Below, in pieces: positions 56,320 to 64,000 of a DNA stretch of 64,000 bases. A program made the translations under genes and the position numbers. The DNA comes from the human T2T-CHM13v2.0 reference genome, Homo sapiens. How positions within the stretch are numbered: the stretch's first letter is position 1; each line of letters starts with the position of its first letter. The notes below the pieces were generated by a model. It saw only the letters and a list, made by a program, of their open reading frames with translations. It did no database searches and was not told the DNA's origin. Where the stretch lies: assembly GCF_009914755.1 (NCBI RefSeq), contig NC_060932.1, one strand, 5' to 3'.

Positions 56320-59300
56320 ATTTAGAGCATCTTGAAATGAATTAAATTTGGAACAAATGCTATACAGTCTTTTCATCTGTAACTCAGCTGTGAAAATAGC
56401 AATATCTCACAATTGAGTATAAATTTTTAGACAAGAGGTGGAAAATGACTGACATTTGTATTGTTACTGCCACTCAACTTTTTACTGTAACAACAGCAGA
56501 TGTTACTCCTAGATCTCAACACATTTTCCTACTAAGTCTGCAGGCAGCCATTGTGAAAGAATTGAATCTGCCATATAAGGTGAGTCCAAACACCTTCCCT
56601 TTCCTGAACATATAGCCACTGCTTTAAAACCACAATGGATAAGTAAATCTTAAGTCTCTATTCCATACCAAGCTTTAAACACTAGGTCTTAAGACACTAG
56701 AAATATATGCAAAAAGAAGCTATTGAGAGTAGGTTTTAAAAAAACTCTTCAATCAGTATCATTGATTAGATCTTCTAGATGACAATTATAACTTGGCTAC
56801 TTGACCAAATAACTATATACTTTATACCTAATGTTACACTCAACCGTCTAACAGACCTTATTTGTTTTTAGAATTCCACAGAGAATACCCTGATGGTTTT
56901 CCACACATATTTAGTTTTCCACACATTTTTACACTAAGTTCTCTGGAATATATACATAACTGTAATAAATAAACTGTGTAGCAAATCCCTTAGGAACAAC
57001 AATCCAATGATTCTTACACACATACACTCACACACACACATATTCTATTGCTATACTTACAAAATATATATTTGGTAGGCCTATATTACTTGGAAAATAA
57101 CATCCTATCCAATTGAACATAGTTTTGCCAAGTCTGAATACTTTGGTTAAGAGATCTGTTTCATTTTGACCATGCATTTTTAAATATTCCTATGGGTTTT
57201 CTCCCCAGTAAAAGTATTTTCTCTTCTGGTTGAACCCAGATTTTTCTGTCATCTTAAAAATACCATTGCCTAAGAATTCACATTTCCTATCATGTATTGC
57301 TATGTGACATGGGAGAAAACTTCATTTTTAACATAGATAAGAAAAAACCTAGGAAAGGAGATGCAAAGATTCAGAAACCTTATTTTCACATTATTCTTAG
57401 TGTTTTAAAATTAAAAAAACATTAAGACCAGTTCTTAAATATGTGCCTTATGATCTAATAAGGAAAATATCACGCTGAAAGTGTGTAGAACTTAAAGCAT
57501 AGGAAGGTGAAGAAGGCTGTAGGGTACTATGGTCTAGCAAAGTCAGGTTGTGCAGCCAGAAATAAAGCACAGTTTACAGAATTGTTGAAATATTTGTGAG
57601 GCAATTCTAGAAAGCTCTCCTGGTGGTTAACTAATAAAATAATCCATAGAACACCGTATGGGCCAAGCCAACTTCACTCTCCGTTAGTACACATTTAAAT
57701 GGCTTGCTTTCTGATCATATAAAAGTTCACTTACTTGACTAATCTTTTTCCCATAGAACATGGGCATTTCAGTCTGAAAGTTCCCCCAATCCATCATTTA
57801 AAATTTTATCTTTGACATACGTTAGGCAAATAGAGAAAAATTAAAAAGTAATGAGGAGGGGGCCCAAATGCTTTGAGAAGTTCCCACATATGTGCTAATT
57901 AGTGATTCCATCTGAAAATATTCCCAGCAAGCTGGATGGGTAAAGCAGACTGAGATAAATAATGCAAAGACCCTGTGGCAGTGTCACAAACACCATAATC
58001 AAGGCTGCTTGTGAGTTCAGAGTCTCCAAGTGCTGTGGCTTAGAAAAAAACATCAATGAAGTAAAACTGCTCTAACAGCCTTAGGGTTATCACACACATC
58101 CATACACACACATACCCCACTTTATTCTTTCAACCTTTTGGTTCACACTAAGGAACTCTTTGAGTGTTTATACCATACCCATCCCCCACTTTCAGGTCTG
58201 TTTTGACGTAAGGCAGAATAGAATTTCTTACATCTAGTTTGCAGTGCTGTTAAAATGTGCAGTCTTCATTGAAACACTGGTCCAGCTACATAAGCACATG
58301 GAGATGATTAGCTGCGAAATAAGGCATTAGTCCACAGCCTCAAACACCAAATGAAATACTCTCCGATTATAGGGACTGCAACCTCTGGAAGTCCCTTTTG
58401 TGAAATGACAAGCCTGCTGGTTTAGTCTTCTGATACAATGCCCAACCGTGTTTTTTAAGTACAATCGAGTTTCATCAACCAAACCAGAAGTACTGCTGGT
58501 TGAAATGCATTCTGTAAAGTCAGTGGAAAAATAACGCTAGTAGCTCCATAAATGAGGGGTAAATAGCACTATTATGATAATTTCTGGTTTTAATGCTTTC
58601 AGCTAACACAAGAAGACTATGATTTGGAAGTTGCAATGGAGATATTAGAAGAAACACCTAGATACTTCACTAGAAGTGCTGCAAAAATGACAGCATAAAT
58701 TGTGCAATTTCACAACCCTCCAACTCCCCCCCACCGCAAAAAAAAACTACAAGCATTTAACGGCCTTATGAGTATGTATGTGACATGTGTATTTTATTAG
58801 AGGCAGTTCTCAGTTTCCCTCATCCAAGCTGTTAAGATCGTATAAGACTAAGTCAAAGCTGATCCTCCTTCTAAACCCGCCTCTCCCCACAGCCCAAAAT
58901 GTGCACTCTGTGAACATAATTGCCCAAGGAAAACGGAAGCTTGAGCTCTCCAAGCATCCGTATTCATGGGAGCAGCACTTTTGTACTTTGCAAGACCAGA
59001 ATGGGCTCCCCACCTGTATTGGTGACCCATTTAACCGGACTGATTTTACTGCTTTGTCAAACTTATTGGGCATGAAAATAAAGTCTGCTCTATAGAAGTA
59101 AACAAAGAGCCTGGAAACAGTTTGAAGCCTGCCTGCTAATGAAGGCCCTTGGTCACTTCCTCCTTGAAAATCAAGGCTTCCTGCAAAAAGAATAAACTGC
59201 CCTCCATGACAGAGAATCAAGTAACCAGGTATTTACATTTAGACAAGATTCAGTCTCGTCTGGCAGCCTAGAAAAACGCACAGCTGTCAAGAATCAAATA

Positions 59301-60009
59301 AAGGCTTTCAAAAAATTTTTCTCAAGAACCAAGCATACCATTTGAAGAGCAAAGTAGTGAGCAATTTCCACTAACGTCACAGGAATTTTGAAAACTAATT
59401 CTGTTTGAAAGACACAACCTGCCCATACCCATCAAAAAGTCTATGGTTCTAGCCTTTATAAAATTATTATAAATTTTAACATACTAGATTTGTCACTCCC
59501 GTATATATATATATATATTTTGCTTTAATGAAACAAAAGATCTAGTGTACTGACTTTTCACTATAAAAGAAATGTTTAACATTTGGTAAAAAAGTTTTTT
59601 TTTCCTTCCTACATATATCTAGGTATATATTAAGAAGTTTGATGAGGATCTCAGAATTAGTTGCTATCTAATTTCAAAATCTTGCTATAAAAGATCTTTA
59701 TCTCTTTCATACATGGGAGTTCATTCATTTTTATCCATTTTAATATACTAGAGGTTTCACTTGTGGTGTGCCCTATGATTGAGGAGTTTTGAGAAATATC
59801 TGGAAGATCATGGGGACAGGGTGTATGGAATCATGAGGTTGCCTGGATGACACTGGGAGCTGGAAATGGGTGGGTAGCAATTCTGAGTGCAGCAAGACTG
59901 CCTCAGCCTTCTTGGCTGACTAGGTCCTGAGGAAAGGCATATGCCAAAAAGCAGAGTAAAATTAATAAATAAGTGGATAGATAAATGCACCCATCCATCC
60001 GTAGATGCA

Positions 60010-61135
60010 GTGTTCAATCATTCAGTTAGTATTTATTGAGTTCCTGGCACTGATAATACAAGTGTTAGATACATCGAAGGACCCAGAAATCCCTGCCCAC
60101 CTGGAACTTGTAATCCGGTGGGAGTGGGGAGTGGTAGGGATAGAATATATATAAGCTAAATATGCACGTGTGTGTGGGTGTGCACACGCGCGCTAAAGAA
60201 AAACAAAAAAGTCAGGGGAGGGAATGTGAGACTAAGGCGGTGTGTTGACATTGTAGATAGGCTGGCCAAGCAGGTCTCCCTGACAAAATGGCACTTGAGT
60301 TCAATGCTGGAAGAAATGAGGAAGATCTAAGGGAAGAGCTTTCCATGCAGAAGGATTCCCAAATGCAAAGGCCTGAGTCAGATCAGTCTGGTGTACTGAA
60401 GCTGCAGCAGGGTGAGTAGGTGTAATGTAGAAGAAGATGAAGTCAGCGTGAAATGGTGAGGCAGGCCAATCAGCACCTGGCAGACCAATGTGGCCCCATC
60501 TACTTTTACTTGATGAGAAGCCACTGGAGGATTTGAGAACAGGACTGACATGATCTCACTCATGCTTTAATAGGATCAGCTGTCAATGTGGTGGAAATAA
60601 CCGCAGGAAGGCAGAGAGCAGCAGAGAGGCTTATGAAGAGGTTCCTGCTGTATCCAGGTGTGAAGTCCTGGTAGGATAGACAGCGGGACAGCACGAGGTT
60701 TAAGTAAGAGGAGTACCTAGAGCAGAAGTTTAATTTCAGGAGGCACTCGGCATCAGGGCTGTTTATGTGTAGTGTCAGCAGGGTCTTCACTTGCATGACT
60801 GAGAGTGAAACTTTGTGGCCTACGCACCTCTTGTGCCTCACCTGGGTCTTGGACCTGTTGGACAGGGTAAGGACAGTTGAATTCAGAAGGTGGCGCTGAC
60901 AGGATGTGCTGATGGTGTGAAGTGCGGATGAAAAAGAAGAGTCCAAGATGACCCCATGTGTTTTAAACTTGTAGAAAGAGATTTTCTGTAGAAAGGCCAT
61001 TTTCTGACAGGAGTAACCTGTTAGGCGAACAGGTTTGAAGGAAGAATACCAGAGCTCAGTTTTGGTCATGTAACATTTTAGATATTTATTAAACATCTAT
61101 GTGAAGATACATGAGTCTGGAGTTCCAGTGCAGGG
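60010..61135 (-). mobile_element. L2 remnant
   Basis: TATTTATTGAG, AAATGCAAAGGCCTGAG, GACATGATCT, GAGTCCAAGATGACCCC (minus-strand translation GVILDSSFS, L2 ORF2-like), GAGCTCAGTTTTGGTCATGT. Confidence 0.82.
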
Positions 61136-61344
61136 TATAAGGGTAAGCAAAAATGACAGTTACCTGGCCTAGTGGAATATATTAATACAATCCAGTGTGG
61201 GTATGGACAAATAGGGCAATACACTACAACATGTTACTTGCCATGAAATGATACTCTGAGACTGCTATAAAAATTCATAGAGAAATATCCCGCCTGGACT
61301 TGAGGGCCTGGCAAATAGCGGCCACTTAATAAATACCAGTTGAG

Positions 61345-61600
61345 GGCCAGGCACAGTGGCTGATACCTGTGATCCCAGCAGTTTGGGAGGCCGAGGCTAG
61401 AGGATCACTTGAGCTCAGGAGTTTGGGACTAGCCTGGGAAACATAGGGAGACCCTGTCTCTACAAAAAATAAAAAAGCATGATGGCATGCATCTGGGGTC
61501 CCAGAGGCTGCAGTGAGCCAAGATCGCACCACCACACTCCAGCCTGGGCAACAGAGCGAGACCCTGTGTCAAAAAATAGGTAAGTAAATAAATAAATAAA
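61345..61600 (+). mobile_element. AluJ with right-arm deletion
   Basis: GTCCCAG joined to AGGCTGCAGTGAG; TSD TAAATACCAGTTGA/TAAATACTGGTTGA. Confidence 0.9.
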
Positions 61601-61776
61601 TACTGGTTGAATATATGGACACTACTTATTTATTTATTATCTGTTTATTTACTGATTTTACTCTGTTTTATCATTGATTTATTTTCCCAAGACCCAGGCA
61701 AGAGGCCAAAAAAACTGAGGCAGAGAAAAATCCAGAAGAAGAGACATTTATGTTGACACTTTAAGGAAGGACAAGA

Positions 61777-62134
61777 TGATATGGTTTGTCTGTGCCCCAT
61801 CCAAATCTCACCTTAAATTGTAATAATCCCCACGTGTCAAGGGCAGGGCCAGGTGAAGATAAATGAATCATGGGGGCGGTTTCGCCCATACTGTTCTCCT
61901 CCTGGTAGTGAATAAGTCTCATGAGATCTGATGGGTTTATAAAGCAGAGTTCCCCTGAACATGCTCTCTTGCCTGCCACCATGTAAGATGTCCCTTTGCT
62001 CTTCCTTTGTCTTCTGCCATGATTGTGAGGCTTCCTCAGCCATGTGGAACTGTGAGTCTATTAAACCTCTTTCCTGTATAAATTACTCAGTCTTGGGTAT
62101 GTCTTCATTAACAGCATGAGAACAGACTAATACA
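61777..62134 (+). mobile_element. THE1 (B/C-like) MaLR solo LTR
   Basis: TGATATGGTTTG...AACAGACTAATACA; 5-bp flanks CAAGA/TAAGA. Confidence 0.92.
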
Positions 62135-62153
62135 TAAGAGCTAGCAATGTATT

Positions 62154-62209
62154 AGTGGGTTTGAAGGAGATGGTATAGAAAAGTGGGTTTGGAGGAGATG
62201 GTACAGAAA
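62154..62209. repeat. 28-bp tandem duplication (2 copies, 2 mismatches)
   Basis: AGTGGGTTTGAAGGAGATGGTATAGAAA / AGTGGGTTTGGAGGAGATGGTACAGAAA. Confidence 0.92.
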
Positions 62210-62855
62210 AAATTTTTAGAGGCAAAAGATAATATGTGAGAAGGCCCAGGGAGATTGTTGCCAGTATTATCAGAACCATTGGCAAATGATGCAGACTCAA
62301 AATCAGACATCCTTTTCTTCCCATGGAAGAGTATTGTAACATCAGCACTTGGGCATTGGCAGCTTTTGTGAGGATAGCACAACAGTAGTGCTCTGGTGTG
62401 TCCCTGGCATAGCTCTGGCCTGGATATCAGCAGTGGGAAAAAACATGGCTACAAGAGCCAAGGGGGACTAGAATGGTAGATGCCACATGGTAGGGAGTAG
62501 AGAACCCCCTTGTTCTTGCAAGATTCTAGAATTTGTGGGGAGAAATTGAGGGATCTGAAGCTGGAGCTTTTCAAGAGCAAGTTTAACAGCAAAACCAGAA
62601 AAAGAAATAGAAAACGGAATTGTAGAAACATAAGTTATAGATAAAAAATAAATTGATAGTACTTGTGTATTTTTTCAAAAAGCTTTCTTTCGAATTGATT
62701 GTTTTCTTTACTCCAAACAGGAACATTTTAAGTTAGAGAGGGCAAGTGAATGAAGTGGGTCACAGAGTTAATGAATTACTGAATACTATAGGGACAATTA
62801 ATGGCAAATGGGGGGATTTGAACACAGGACCCTTACTACACAGTTTATGGCTTCA

Positions 62856-63137
62856 TTTTGTTTGGTTTTTGAGATGAGGTGTCACTCTGTCACCCAGCCT
62901 GGAGTGCAGTGGCACAATCATGGTTCACTGCAGCCTCAACTTCCCAGGCTCAAGCCATCTTCCCACCTCAGCCTCCGGAGTAGCACATGGCCACCACACC
63001 GATTTTTTTTTCTTTTTTTTTTTTTTTTTTGTAGAGACAGAGTCTCAGTATGTTGCCTAGGCTGGGCTCAAACAATCCTCACACCTCAGCCTCCCAAAGT
63101 GCTAGGATTACAGACATGAGCCACTGCGCCTAGCCCA
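62856..63137 (-). mobile_element. AluJ
   Basis: CACTGCAGCCTCAACTTCCCAGGCTCAAG J-type features. Confidence 0.92.
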
Positions 63138-63471
63138 GCTTATGTTCTTTTAGACCAATCCTTGAAATACATAAAGGCAGATAGGAGAAGAGAGGGGAAG
63201 AGGAGAAAAGAGCAATGGATACAACTTGTTTGAAGAAAGGACAGTTTGCATCTCCCAGAACAGTAATATAACAAAGCCATATGTAGACATGCATTTTGAT
63301 AATAAATTTATTTTCATGCAGTCCAAAATAAACTTCAGTATATTTTTCAAGAAACTGTACTGCTTGCTTGTAGGAGAATAAATTAGTATGAACCTTCCAG
63401 TGGTACTTTCTGATTTAAACATCCTTAAAATCAGAATTTTAAGTACTTAAAAGCCTTAAATTCTGATGACC

Positions 63472-63995
63472 ATACCAGTTGGTGTGCTTTGGGCTGTAAG
63501 TAACCGAAACCCCCAGTCAAGCTGTTTTGGACATGAGGAAATGGATTGCTCACGGAACTAGATGTGGAAAGGTTGAGCAAGTTGCTTTCTTAATTTAGTC
63601 CAGGGGCTCTACTTTTGATCTTTATGGCTGTCTTTCCCATGTGTGGGCTTTTCTGTCAGGCAAAGAATGAGGAGTTCTGGGGTTTCTGAGGTCTCATATC
63701 CATACCTACCAGAGCAAAAGAGGGAAGTCACTTCTGAATATCCACTCCAAAAATGATGAATAACTTTTTCTGAAGCTCCCGGTAAACTTTTCTTGCTCTC
63801 TCAGGATCCCAAGCCAGTCCTGAATCAAATATTGACAAAGGAAATATAATTGCTGATTAAAGTCGATCCTAGAGTTAGGGTGGGCTCAGTGTCTCCCATG
63901 GCAATTGGCTGCATGGATGAGAGATGGAAAACTAAAGAGAACTGAGACCCTTGTTAGGAAAGAGAAAGAAGAAAAAGGATATACTGACAACCAAT
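63472..63995 (-). mobile_element. Old MLT1 (J/K-like) MaLR LTR
   Basis: TTTGGGCTGTAAGTAACCGAAACCC start; CTGAAGCTCCCGGTAAACTTTTCTT. Confidence 0.65.
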
Positions 63996-64000
63996 AATGT

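Noticed and set aside
56897-56930. Short duplication of GTTTTCCACACAT
   Set aside because: Ordinary micro-duplication
58787-59220. Opposing 102-aa and 136-aa ORFs in unique DNA
   Set aside because: Non-ATG starts and no recognisable homology; lengths attainable by chance
60560-61096. 178-aa minus-strand ORF
   Set aside because: TTG start inside L2; only the GVILDSS motif recalls L2 ORF2, and there is no evidence of a functional gene

Overview
This is mammalian non-coding DNA, almost certainly human: it carries an AluY with the diagnostic bases of the human-specific AluYg6 subfamily. The window is AT-rich, CpG-depleted and intronic or intergenic in character. I find no recognisable protein-coding exon, RNA gene, CpG island or CRISPR array, and the supplied ORFs are explained by Alu, L1, L2 and MER52 sequence or by chance. 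It contains about 18 Alus, several old L1M fragments, many L2/MIR remnants, solo LTRs (MER52, MSTA, MSTB, THE1, MLT1, MLT2) and DNA-transposon relics (Tigger2, MER115, MER3, MER33, Charlie4a, MER102). All family and subfamily calls come from recalled consensus sequences, not from RepeatMasker, and most boundaries are approximate. I see no support for a new biological system. The most unusual signals are small rearrangement scars: two locally templated insertions inside L1 3' ends (one direct, one inverted), a 28-nt poly(A)-tailed micro-insertion with a perfect 16-bp target-site duplication, and a perfect 43-bp tandem duplication. Several plus-strand exon-like segments, including a 24-nt microexon candidate, could belong to an unidentified transcript.
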